From the IMG/VR virus record IMGVR_UViG_3300031413_000601: a DNA stretch of 64,000 nt. One strand, 5' to 3'. The DNA comes from an uncultured virus (IMG/VR IMGVR_UViG_3300031413_000601). Lineage: Duplodnaviria; Heunggongvirae; Uroviricota; Caudoviricetes. Under the pieces are notes generated by a model. It worked only from the letters and a program-made list of their open reading frames with translations, did not search any database and had not been told where the DNA came from. Positions 19,104-27,571 of the stretch are shown piece after piece. Position 1 is the first letter of the stretch, and every line of letters starts with the position of its first letter. A program made the position numbers and the translations under genes.

Positions 19104-19474
19104 GTGGGCGCCTGGAGGTAATCGTGCGGCGGCGTTTTCGCGAAGCGCACCGCCTTGATGGTGGGCTTGCCGTCGATAAGCGCGCGCAGCACACGGTGCC
19201 AGCCGTCCATGATGAAGCCCTCTTCGCAGAGGATGATTGGGTAGCTGGTATCCACATCCAGCGCGCGGCGCATGTGGAAGGCCATGCCATAGGCCGAACC
19301 GGTCGGCGTCCAGACATCAACGCCAGCATAGATCGCCGCCAGCGGCAAGTCGAATGGCTCGATTTCCTTGGCGCGCGCCACCAAGTTGGTGACAGTCCAA
19401 ACCTTGCCGCCGGAGGTGTAGATATTCTCGTGCACGGCGCAGCCTTCAATTTGAACAACAGGGTATTTGCTCAT
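19100..19474 (-). CDS. ParB/Srx-like domain protein
   Basis: YPIIL...IMDGWHRVLRAL matches the ParB N-terminal DG.HR motif; ATGA overlaps both sides. Confidence 0.75.
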   Translation of the reverse strand: MSKYPVVQIEGCAVHENIYTSGGKVWTVTNLVARAKEIEPFDLPLAAIYAGVDVWTPTGSAYGMAFHMRRALDVDTSYPIILCEEGFIMDGWHRVLRALIDGKPTIKAVRFAKTPPHDYLQAPT

Positions 19475-19986
19475 CCCCGCACCAATTTGATTATGCCGCC
19501 GCCACCGGCCGCGCCGAAGAAAGGCGCCAGCGCGGCATCGACGGCCACGAAGCGCTCGCGCGCCTCGGTCGTGTTCTGAAAATATTCCGTTTCGAGCGGC
19601 CCGGTCTTGTCGCGCTTCACGACATTCGAGCCGGTGTCGAGGTCGGGCATCAGCTGCTCGCCGCGCCCGGCACGCGCCGCCAGGTCGATACAGGCGCTGA
19701 CCACCTCTGGCGGCACGACATCGCTGCGCACCGGCCAGCCGTCCACGCACACGTCGTAGCGCGGCCAGTCCAGCGCCTGCGTCTGGTACACGCGCTGGCC
19801 AGCCCACCGCAGGCGGTAGTTCGTGCGCATGAAGCGTGTCGCATTGCGGAGCGCGATTTCCTTATCGGCCTCGTCCAGCGGCGTCCAGTCAGTGACGCCC
19901 AGGTCGGCCAGATGGCGATCAGCCTCGGCCACACTTGCGTAGCTGTCAGCATCCGGCAGCCCGCCCCCCGTTTCTACAGTTAGCAT
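19471..19986 (-). CDS. Head-tail adaptor (often annotated DnaT-like)
   Basis: ADSYASVAEAD, QALDWPR, KTGPLETEY. Confidence 0.8.
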   Translation of the reverse strand: MLTVETGGGLPDADSYASVAEADRHLADLGVTDWTPLDEADKEIALRNATRFMRTNYRLRWAGQRVYQTQALDWPRYDVCVDGWPVRSDVVPPEVVSACIDLAARAGRGEQLMPDLDTGSNVVKRDKTGPLETEYFQNTTEARERFVAVDAALAPFFGAAGGGGIIKLVRG

Positions 19987-20001
19987 TTTTTGCCCAGTCG
20001 A

Positions 20002-21225
20002 TTAGGTTGCCGTTACGGTACCGGTCAGCATGCGCGTACCAAGACCGGATTCGGTGCTGGTATAAATGGCCAGGAATTTTCCGCTTGCGAACATACCGAT
20101 GATGGACATATAAACCCCCTCGCCGGCGCTGAGCTGGTTGCTGGCATCAGTCCACAGCTGCTGCCAGTCGGTACCGTTGGGGCCGATCCAGATCGTCGGC
20201 GTCGCGCTGGATGCCCCCAGGCTGTTGGTGTTCGCGTCGAGGTTTGCAGACGTAAAGCATGGCTCGCCCACCTTTACTTGGGTGATGCCATTCCCGATCG
20301 TACGCACGTCGCCGGTACCCACTGGTACGGTCCAATGCATCGCGTTGAACTGCCGGTAGCCGGTACGTCCGTACACCATGATGGCGTATGGTCGCGCGTC
20401 TGGCGAGAAAATCAAGCTGCCGTCATCGGCGCAGCGGATGCCCGTGTACTGCATCGAATCGCCGGCTGCGAACGGGTATTGCGGTGGCGACGGGAGGAAA
20501 CCGACACTCATATCCTCCAGGTTCACATACGCCACCTGAAGGTTGCCAGTGCCGGCGATAGCTGGGCCGTTGCCAGTATTGTCGCCATAGCTGAGATAGA
20601 CACGATTATCCAATGCCGAAGCGCAGCAACCGTGCCAATGCACGCCGATAGGGTTCGTGTAACCCAAATTTAGCAGGTTCATCAGGTCTGCCCAGGTCTC
20701 GCCGTGGTCAAAACTGATGTAGCTCTGAATAGCACGTTGCGAGTTGTCGCCTGTCGATTGCGTCTGCTGACCGTATTGGTTGGTCACGATCACGCCACTC
20801 GGGGTGGTGCAGCCGTTGTTGAACGACCATTGCGACGCGATGCCAGCATTTGCGGCGGACACCGTTTTTTTCAGCGCAAAGGTTGCCGTCACCTTGTTTG
20901 CCGACCAGCCCGTCGATTTGTAAATCAGCAGCGTTCCCGAAGACCCTGGGCTGGCACTATCACTACACAGCAGCAACAGTTCGCCGTCATAAGTCTCGAT
21001 GATGCCCTGCGTTTTTTGCGGCGGTTTGTTGTTGAGGAACGTCCACGTAGCGGTCTCGTCCAGCGAGAAGCACAGCGCGTTATCGCTGGCACGCCGGCCA
21101 TACGCCAGATTTCCCGAACGGCTAATCATCTGCGGGATGATCGCAGGAACGGCGGCCAAAACAGGATTCGACAACGTGTAGCGCGGCTGGTCGAGTGGCG
21201 TCAACGCCTGATTGGTGATGGTCAT
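20002..21225 (-). CDS. BNR/Asp-box beta-propeller (sialidase-fold-like) protein
   Basis: Asp boxes SLDETATW and SFDHGETW, plus GPNGTDW; HWHG motif; 407 aa. Confidence 0.6.
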   Translation of the reverse strand: MTITNQALTPLDQPRYTLSNPVLAAVPAIIPQMISRSGNLAYGRRASDNALCFSLDETATWTFLNNKPPQKTQGIIETYDGELLLLCSDSASPGSSGTLLIYKSTGWSANKVTATFALKKTVSAANAGIASQWSFNNGCTTPSGVIVTNQYGQQTQSTGDNSQRAIQSYISFDHGETWADLMNLLNLGYTNPIGVHWHGCCASALDNRVYLSYGDNTGNGPAIAGTGNLQVAYVNLEDMSVGFLPSPPQYPFAAGDSMQYTGIRCADDGSLIFSPDARPYAIMVYGRTGYRQFNAMHWTVPVGTGDVRTIGNGITQVKVGEPCFTSANLDANTNSLGASSATPTIWIGPNGTDWQQLWTDASNQLSAGEGVYMSIIGMFASGKFLAIYTSTESGLGTRMLTGTVTAT

Positions 21226-22340
21226 TATTTGGTCGCCTTAGTTTGGACGGTGAAACCGGACAGCGGGCGGCCGGCCCACGTGCCGGGAACGGTGGTATTG
21301 GCCAGTGCGCCCGCGAGCGGATACGTGAACGTGTTCGCGCCGGTGACGGTAATGTTCGGGAACGAGCCGTTGTATCCGGCCGGCGTCGCATCCTGAATAC
21401 GCAAGCTATCGCCGGTGGATCGCCCGTGCGCAGCCGCGGTAGTGACCGTGGCCGTTGTGCCGTCGCTGGTGATGCTCGTGATTGCAAATGCCTTGCCGCG
21501 AATGTACGGCTTGCCAGGGTCAGTAACCAGCACCTGGGTCATCGCAGGGATATCCACCCACGTGCCAGCCGGCTGGCTGTAGTTATTGTTTGCTAGTCCA
21601 CTCATAATGAATTGAGCAACCATAGTGGTTTCGTTGCGGAATAGGATGCTTTCCCGTGCCGCGTCCTGCATTCCCACCTGCGTAGCGAATGCTGACGATC
21701 CCCAAACTGCGTCATACAGCGACCGCATGGTGGTGGGGAAAGGTTGAGCGGTCGGCGTAACCGCGTCAGCCTGCACCGACGCCGGTCCAGCGCCCTGCGC
21801 GTTGCGCGTGGTGACGGTACCGGTGTATGGGGTGCCCGCTGGCAGGCCGCTGATTACCTGCGGATTCGTCGTCAGCTGCGTCACATTGCCATTGATGTCG
21901 GTCCAAGCATTGCCGGTGGTGGCGGTGCTGCCGGCGGCGCCAGGGGTCCACGCCAAACTCACCGCGCCGGCCATGGCCGTCAGCACAGGCTTAGCTGGCT
22001 GGCCCGGTACAGTCGGGGAAGGCGTCGGGGTTGGGGTCGGCGTAGGCGTTGGCGTTGAAGTGCTAGAAATCGTCAGCACCGCCTCCTTGACGGTGGCGGC
22101 AATTGATCCGGCCGAGCAGGTCAGGTGAATCTTTTGGGTGTTTTCGTATGGGCCGATGGCGGCCAGTGCGCCCTCGCCGAGGGTCCACGACCGCAGCGAA
22201 TTCGTGCCACCGAGTGCCTGATCCAGGAGGTAGGCCACGCCGGAGGTGCCTGGCGCGCCAGTCAGAACCAGCGCTTTCCCCTCGGGAAGCAAGATGGTCT
22301 TGGCGGACTCGCCTACTTTGATCGTGGTGGTATTGGACAT
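21225..22340 (-). CDS. Modular protein with PT linker, FN3 domain and C-terminal beta domain (possible head appendage)
   Basis: (TP)n linker, VPGQP..P...VSLAWTP...GLPAGTPYT.TVT.RNAQGAGPAS FN3 pattern, TVTTAAAHG..TGD..I...YNG.F...T..NTFTY. Confidence 0.7.
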   Translation of the reverse strand: MSNTTTIKVGESAKTILLPEGKALVLTGAPGTSGVAYLLDQALGGTNSLRSWTLGEGALAAIGPYENTQKIHLTCSAGSIAATVKEAVLTISSTSTPTPTPTPTPTPSPTVPGQPAKPVLTAMAGAVSLAWTPGAAGSTATTGNAWTDINGNVTQLTTNPQVISGLPAGTPYTGTVTTRNAQGAGPASVQADAVTPTAQPFPTTMRSLYDAVWGSSAFATQVGMQDAARESILFRNETTMVAQFIMSGLANNNYSQPAGTWVDIPAMTQVLVTDPGKPYIRGKAFAITSITSDGTTATVTTAAAHGRSTGDSLRIQDATPAGYNGSFPNITVTGANTFTYPLAGALANTTVPGTWAGRPLSGFTVQTKATK

Positions 22341-22407
22341 TGGCTATCTCAGTGGCGAAATTAGAAAAGCCCGTGCGCAGCGGGCTGGTGGCGGTGGTGA
22401 TGGCGCG

Positions 22408-22779
22408 TTATTTCTTCGCGGATTCCGATGCGGCCTTTTCAGCTGCTTTTGCGGCGGCCTTGTCGGCGGCAACCTTGTCCGCTGCGGCCTTGTCGGCAGC
22501 GACACGCTCGTCAGCCAGGCGCTGAGCTTCGGCTTCGTTGGCGCGGGCTTGGTCGGCCAGACGGTCGCGCTCGGCGTCCATTTCGCGTTCGCGCGCCAGC
22601 AGGCGTTCGTGAGCGGCTTGCAGCTCGGCCACGGTGGGCGCGCGCTCGGTTACGCCCATGCCCTGGTCGGTGCCGTCGTCGTACAGCTCGTGCACGTCGG
22701 GGTTGAAATCGGCCTTGTCGATGACGACGAAAGCGCCCTGGGTTGCCGGATGGGTGGGTTTGACTTTGATGGTTGGCAT
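22408..22779 (-). CDS. Capsid-associated small protein with ADKAA repeats
   Basis: FVVIDKADFNPDVHELY N-terminus; directly after capsid gene. Confidence 0.7.
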   Translation of the reverse strand: MPTIKVKPTHPATQGAFVVIDKADFNPDVHELYDDGTDQGMGVTERAPTVAELQAAHERLLAREREMDAERDRLADQARANEAEAQRLADERVAADKAAADKVAADKAAAKAAEKAASESAKK

Positions 22780-22833
22780 TGCATTCTCGCAGGTTGCCCG
22801 GCGCCGTACTGGCCGCCGGGTGGTGTTTGGGGT

Positions 22834-24189
22834 TTAGCCGCCGATCAGAAGACCGATGTGACGTGGCGCGATGGCTTTCACGCCCCAGGCCAAGTTGACT
22901 TCCCAGCGGACCGAGCGCTTGCCGCGATACAGGCAGAACTCGTAGGTGATGCCCGAGTACGGATCGGTGATCAGCACCACATCATCCGCCGAGTCGCCAC
23001 CTTCAGGCATAGCTGGTGCACGGGCGGCCAGCTGGATTGCCGAGCGGTGGAAGAACATGTTGCGGGTGGTCGCGGCAATCAACGTCAGCGCGGTTGCTGC
23101 GGCTGGAATGGCCTTTTGCAGACCTGGCTCGGCGATGGTGATCGTGCCGCCGTTGGAGACGTCGGCGTCACCGCTGACGATGACGTATTTTTCCGTATCG
23201 CCAGCTACGCCCAGAATGTCGCCCGCGATCACGTTGCCGGTACCGGCCGACGCGATGGTGATGACCGTGGCGCCGACTGGATAGCCAGCGTTGTTGGTGG
23301 TCGCGGAGGTCGCGGTGCCAGCGGATACGGCCTTCTTGATCTGGCCGGAATTGTGCAGGTCGAAGCCTTCGACCTGGCCCAGCGCCCCACGGCGCAGCAG
23401 GTCATCACTGCCAGCTTCATTCACCTTGAAGAGGCCCGATTGTTTGCCGCGAATGTTGGCGACCGCCGACGAGCCCAGCACCATGTGCAGATCCGACTGC
23501 GGCGCGCCGTTGTCATCGAGGATCTTGCGGGCTTGCGCGAAGTCGCTCAGATCGGCAGCAGTGCCGAACGGGGTCAAGTTGGCGGTGCCGTAGGCGCGCG
23601 ATGCGTAGATGTGCAGCGCGGCCAGATCGGTTTCAACTTCGTTGGTCAGGGTGCGGAACGCCTGGACGATGCTGTCACGGTTGATCGTGCCCAGCGTGCC
23701 GGCGCTTTGCAGGCCCTTCGTTTCTTCGCCAGTGATGCCAAACGGCACCGAGCGAGCTTTTTGAATCGTCATCTGGACGTTGCCGATCGAGCGGCTTGGC
23801 GCCATGTCGGCGTAAGCTGCGGCGACCAGATCCTCAGCTGGCATTGCGCCTACTACTGGCGACATTACGACCTGCCCCACTGCCGCCCGCTCAGCACTCG
23901 AATCGCGGGAGACGGCTGGGATGAAGCCGACCAGCTCGCGGGACACAGTATCCATCGCTTCGTAGATGGTAGGAATCAGGCCATTCAGGGTCAGGATGCC
24001 CAGTTGCATGCCGGAGGCCGACATGTGGTTTTGCAGGTGTGCGCGCGCGATCTCGGCGAATGCCTTGCCATACAGCTCGATCTTCTGCGCGGCCGGGCCG
24101 CCGACGCCAGTCACTTCAGCGAACAGTTTTGCCACAGGGGCCAGGGTCAGGGCGACGAGAGCCGCCACGACGAAGAGAATCATCTTCAT
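22834..24189 (-). CDS. Major capsid protein, P22 coat family
   Basis: LIPTIYEAMDTVSRELVGFIPAV, ARKILDDNGAP, EVNLAWGVKAI. Confidence 0.92.
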   Translation of the reverse strand: MKMILFVVAALVALTLAPVAKLFAEVTGVGGPAAQKIELYGKAFAEIARAHLQNHMSASGMQLGILTLNGLIPTIYEAMDTVSRELVGFIPAVSRDSSAERAAVGQVVMSPVVGAMPAEDLVAAAYADMAPSRSIGNVQMTIQKARSVPFGITGEETKGLQSAGTLGTINRDSIVQAFRTLTNEVETDLAALHIYASRAYGTANLTPFGTAADLSDFAQARKILDDNGAPQSDLHMVLGSSAVANIRGKQSGLFKVNEAGSDDLLRRGALGQVEGFDLHNSGQIKKAVSAGTATSATTNNAGYPVGATVITIASAGTGNVIAGDILGVAGDTEKYVIVSGDADVSNGGTITIAEPGLQKAIPAAATALTLIAATTRNMFFHRSAIQLAARAPAMPEGGDSADDVVLITDPYSGITYEFCLYRGKRSVRWEVNLAWGVKAIAPRHIGLLIGG

Positions 24190-24351
24190 GGAATTGCCTT
24201 TCGGTAGGTGTTTTGGGAGGGTTCACAGCAAACAGGCCATCCAGCCCAAAGCACCGACTTGCCCATCCAGGCGCCGGCAAAGTGTTGCGGTATTGCGGAT
24301 ACAAAAAAGGCCCGCGAAAAGCGAGCCTTTGGTGGTACGGTTTTGCGGAAA

Positions 24352-25146
24352 TTACTCGCTGATCGTGGCGCCACCCTTCATAGCTGCGGCACGGGCGGCG
24401 CCGTCCATGGCGTCGAACTGGGCACGGGTGATGGACTTCGCGCCGCTGCCACCACCACCGCCACCGGCAGCGCCGCCACCCGAGGCGCCGGAGCCTTTAA
24501 GGATCATGTCCTTGTTGGCATAGCTGTTGACCATCACCTGGATGGCTTCGTCGAAGTCGGCGTGATTGCCGTGGTTGGTGGCGGAAAAGATTGGCTGGCC
24601 GTTTTGATCCATCGGCACGAGCTTGCCCGCCTCGACCTTGAACCGATCGCCGAATACCTTCTGGGCAATGTCAGCGGGGATGGCCAGCTTGTCGGCGATG
24701 AATTTGGAGCCGCTGAACGAACCGCCAATGATGTGGGTGTTCAGTTCCGTGGTGCGCTGGGCCAGCTGGTCGCTAAGTCGCTTTTCTTTTTCCTGCGCGG
24801 CTCGGGTGGCGTTGGCCACGGCTTCCTGCGCGGACTTAGCTGCGGCGTCCTTGATTTCTTGGACCTTGGCGGCCGTGGTCAGGTCACCGGATTTAATATT
24901 GCCCATGGTTTGCAGTGCCTCGGCTGCAGCGGTTGCGTCGGTGATCCCAGCATCTTTGAATGGCTTCAGCGCAAGTTCGGCGGCTTCCTTGGCTTCGCGG
25001 TGGCTTTTAGCCTCGCCATTGAGGCGAGAGATCGTGGCCACGGTTGCGGCAGCGTCGTGAGGCACTTCGCGCCCGTCGTCGAGCACGTAGACCGGCTTAC
25101 CGTCTTGCAGCACCGCGTTACCCTTGTCGTCCAGTTTCAGTTTCAT
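24352..25146 (-). CDS. Capsid scaffolding protein (DUF6651-like)
   Basis: MKLKLD..GNAVLQDGKPVYV.DDGRE, ISRLNGEAKSHRE, Gly-rich linker and C-terminal helix. Confidence 0.85.
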   Translation of the reverse strand: MKLKLDDKGNAVLQDGKPVYVLDDGREVPHDAAATVATISRLNGEAKSHREAKEAAELALKPFKDAGITDATAAAEALQTMGNIKSGDLTTAAKVQEIKDAAAKSAQEAVANATRAAQEKEKRLSDQLAQRTTELNTHIIGGSFSGSKFIADKLAIPADIAQKVFGDRFKVEAGKLVPMDQNGQPIFSATNHGNHADFDEAIQVMVNSYANKDMILKGSGASGGGAAGGGGGGSGAKSITRAQFDAMDGAARAAAMKGGATISE

Positions 25147-25270
25147 GATGATGACTTTCCCGAGCATCCGCCCGTGTTAAATGGTCGATCCCGACCGTGG
25201 CGCCGCTTCGCGTCCGCTTGCAGCATAAAAAAAAGCCGCCAGGTTGCCCGGGCGGCTTTCGTGAAAATCT

Positions 25271-25534
25271 TCAGGCATCCCAGTTGGGCCACCATTTGTT
25301 TAGTTCATTGTGTACTGCTGTTTCAAGAATATCTCTATGTACCTGCCCAGAAGGGCCAAGTTTGACTTGGATCGATGTTTTGAAATCATCGCCCTCACGG
25401 CACACGCTATCGCATTCGATATAGGTGTTTTTCTCTTCGTCCTCAGTAAAATAGGCGAAGAAATCAAAGCCGCCACCATTGATCCAATAGCCTTGACGTT
25501 TCTCGTCATAATAAAAATCTAACTCAATTGCCAT
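25271..25534 (-). CDS. Small acidic hypothetical protein (low-GC moron)
   Basis: 87 aa, GGAG upstream, AT-rich, followed by terminator near 25228-25259. Confidence 0.65.
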   Translation of the reverse strand: MAIELDFYYDEKRQGYWINGGGFDFFAYFTEDEEKNTYIECDSVCREGDDFKTSIQVKLGPSGQVHRDILETAVHNELNKWWPNWDA

Positions 25535-25574
25535 TCCATCTCCAAGTAGTTGCCTCGGAGTATTTTAGCAATTA

Positions 25575-25799
25575 TCAGGCGACAACAATCCTTTCGCCCT
25601 TCAACATGCAGCCGAAGCACACAAACTGACGAGTTCCGCCCTTCAGAGTGCGCGCCTGAAGCATGGCGCCGATCACCGTCTCGATGAACTCGCGGCCTTG
25701 GCAGCGCGGGCACTGCAGCATGTCAGCCGGCTTGCTGGCGCGCGAGGTGCGCGTTTTCGGCTTGTCCGGAGGGGGAGCATCAGGAACGAGGTGCAGCAT
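25575..25799 (-). CDS. Small zinc-ribbon protein
   Basis: CPRC and CFGC pairs; TGATG overlap with upstream ORF. Confidence 0.7.
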   Translation of the reverse strand: MLHLVPDAPPPDKPKTRTSRASKPADMLQCPRCQGREFIETVIGAMLQARTLKGGTRQFVCFGCMLKGERIVVA

Positions 25800-25969
25800 C
25801 AGTCGGCCACGCGAGAATCATCAGGCTCGAGCACGTCGCTCAGATCGCCATCGTAGAAGCACCTCCCGTCGTCCGGGCGCACGTCAGCGCGGGCGCACCA
25901 TACAGGATGCCCCTTGCGCTCGACGATCACGTCGCCAATGTGCTTCTCCGGCCACTTTTGCGGTTCCAT
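25799..25969 (-). CDS. 56 aa hypothetical protein directly after MuF
   Basis: Translated by hand: MEPQKWPEKHIGDVIVERKGHPVWCARADVRPDDGRCFYDGDLSDVLEPDDSRVAD; ATG abuts the MuF stop. Confidence 0.55.
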   Translation of the reverse strand: MEPQKWPEKHIGDVIVERKGHPVWCARADVRPDDGRCFYDGDLSDVLEPDDSRVAD

Positions 25970-27571
25970 CTACGAATTCTCCCGGGTGTACTTCATGCCA
26001 AGCTGCTTTGCCACGCGCTCCCACAAAACATGGGAGGTTTCGGCGGCTTTGAACTTCGCTTGCAGCTCGCCGCCGGTGACGCGATTGTGGACGTCCAGCT
26101 TGGCGTGCTCCAACTCTGCATTATATGCCGTTTGGATATCGCTAGGGTCGGGCCAGGCTTTGCCGGGCATCATACTGAAGCGTTGCAACGGCGTAACCGC
26201 GCGCAGTTCAGCGAGATCCAGGTCGGCGGCGTGTGCCACATCGGCCAGCGAGAATGACGTGCCGCCCGGGTGGTTGTGAGTGAATACCGCGCCGGTGACG
26301 CCATCGAAATCCGATCCTTTGAAGCTTACCTTATCCGGCTGGCCTTGGCGCTGCACCAGCACCCTGCCATCGGGTGCGAGGAAGGCGCCAGTCTCGAGTT
26401 TATCGTGCCGGATCCGTTCTTCGATTGCCACGGCCTGCTGGCGCGCCGGCGTCGAGGTGTCCGGCAGCGTACGTGGCCAGGTCGAATCGTAGACAGTGAA
26501 GTCGCCAGGCGGCTGCCGGAAGGCGGCGCCATCGCGCTCCCGTAACTCCTTGAGTGAGGCCATGCGGCCACGGTCGTTTGCAAAGTCCTTCACGTCGAAC
26601 TTGCCGGCACGGTACAGGTCGCCGCGCGCCGGGCCGATGACCTGGTCCTGCACCTCGTTGCTCTGCCGCTTGAACCAGTCCGCATAGGTCAAGTTCGCGT
26701 CGACCGGCCCGCCGGCAGCCGAGCGCGAACCGTACAGCGTCTTCTGGCCCTTGAGCAGCGCGATCGACGACGAGCGGCAGCACCAGTGGATCCGGCCCGG
26801 GCCGGCGCGCCAAGGGATGTTGTGTCCCACTGGCTTGTGATCGACCTTCGTGTACAGCAGATGGTCGCGGGCTCGGCATTCGGGGCTGGTACGGCCGTCC
26901 AGGGTGCTGACCCACATCTCGTCGCCGAGGATGTCGTCGTTCTCTTCCGTGAACCGAGTGCGCGTGATCTGCGCGGTGTGGCTCAGGGCCGTGCGCACCA
27001 CCGCGTCAACCTCGCGGCGGCTGGTGTCCAGTAGGCCGTCTGCGTAGTTCAGAGACTTCGTGCCGCGAATCTCGCGCACGATGTCGCCTGTAGTCTTGCC
27101 CTGGGTGTAGCCCACGGCGATCGTATCCTTGACGCGCTGGAGGCGGCTGGCGGAAAGGTTCGAAGCCCACTCTTTCAGCAGCCTACCCTGCATTGGCTGC
27201 GCCATGGCTGCCGCGTAGACCTGCTCAGGTACCACGCTGGCGATGCTGAACGTGGCTGGCACAACGTGGCGATAAAGGTCGTACTGGAATTGCCCCTCGT
27301 ACTCAACGTACGCCTGGAGCTCTTCCTGCATGCCGCCGTAAAGCGCGGCATAGGCTTGGGCGTTCACCTCGCGCACGCTGGCCAGCAGTTTGTCCAGGCG
27401 CTGGACCTTGAACGAGTCCGCGTCCATATCATCCAGCGCCGCATTCAGGGCGCCGATCAGGTCGGCATCGGACAAATTAAGGATCCGGATCATCTTCGCC
27501 AGCACGTAGTTGCCGTACTGGGTCATGTTCACTTGGTGGCGGACTGTGTGGTCGAGCAGCGGATCGATCAT
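25970..27571 (-). CDS. MuF/gp7-like minor head protein with C-terminal JAB/MPN-like domain
   Basis: VSTLDGRTSPECRARD and HWCCRS MuF motifs; extension with E...THNHPGGTSFSLAD. Confidence 0.85.
   Translation of the reverse strand: MIDPLLDHTVRHQVNMTQYGNYVLAKMIRILNLSDADLIGALNAALDDMDADSFKVQRLDKLLASVREVNAQAYAALYGGMQEELQAYVEYEGQFQYDLYRHVVPATFSIASVVPEQVYAAAMAQPMQGRLLKEWASNLSASRLQRVKDTIAVGYTQGKTTGDIVREIRGTKSLNYADGLLDTSRREVDAVVRTALSHTAQITRTRFTEENDDILGDEMWVSTLDGRTSPECRARDHLLYTKVDHKPVGHNIPWRAGPGRIHWCCRSSSIALLKGQKTLYGSRSAAGGPVDANLTYADWFKRQSNEVQDQVIGPARGDLYRAGKFDVKDFANDRGRMASLKELRERDGAAFRQPPGDFTVYDSTWPRTLPDTSTPARQQAVAIEERIRHDKLETGAFLAPDGRVLVQRQGQPDKVSFKGSDFDGVTGAVFTHNHPGGTSFSLADVAHAADLDLAELRAVTPLQRFSMMPGKAWPDPSDIQTAYNAELEHAKLDVHNRVTGGELQAKFKAAETSHVLWERVAKQLGMKYTRENS

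Noticed and set aside
22018..22058. Short tandem repeats here and at 22430-22500
   Set aside because: Encode TP linker and ADKAA repeats; not CRISPR or DNA-level elements
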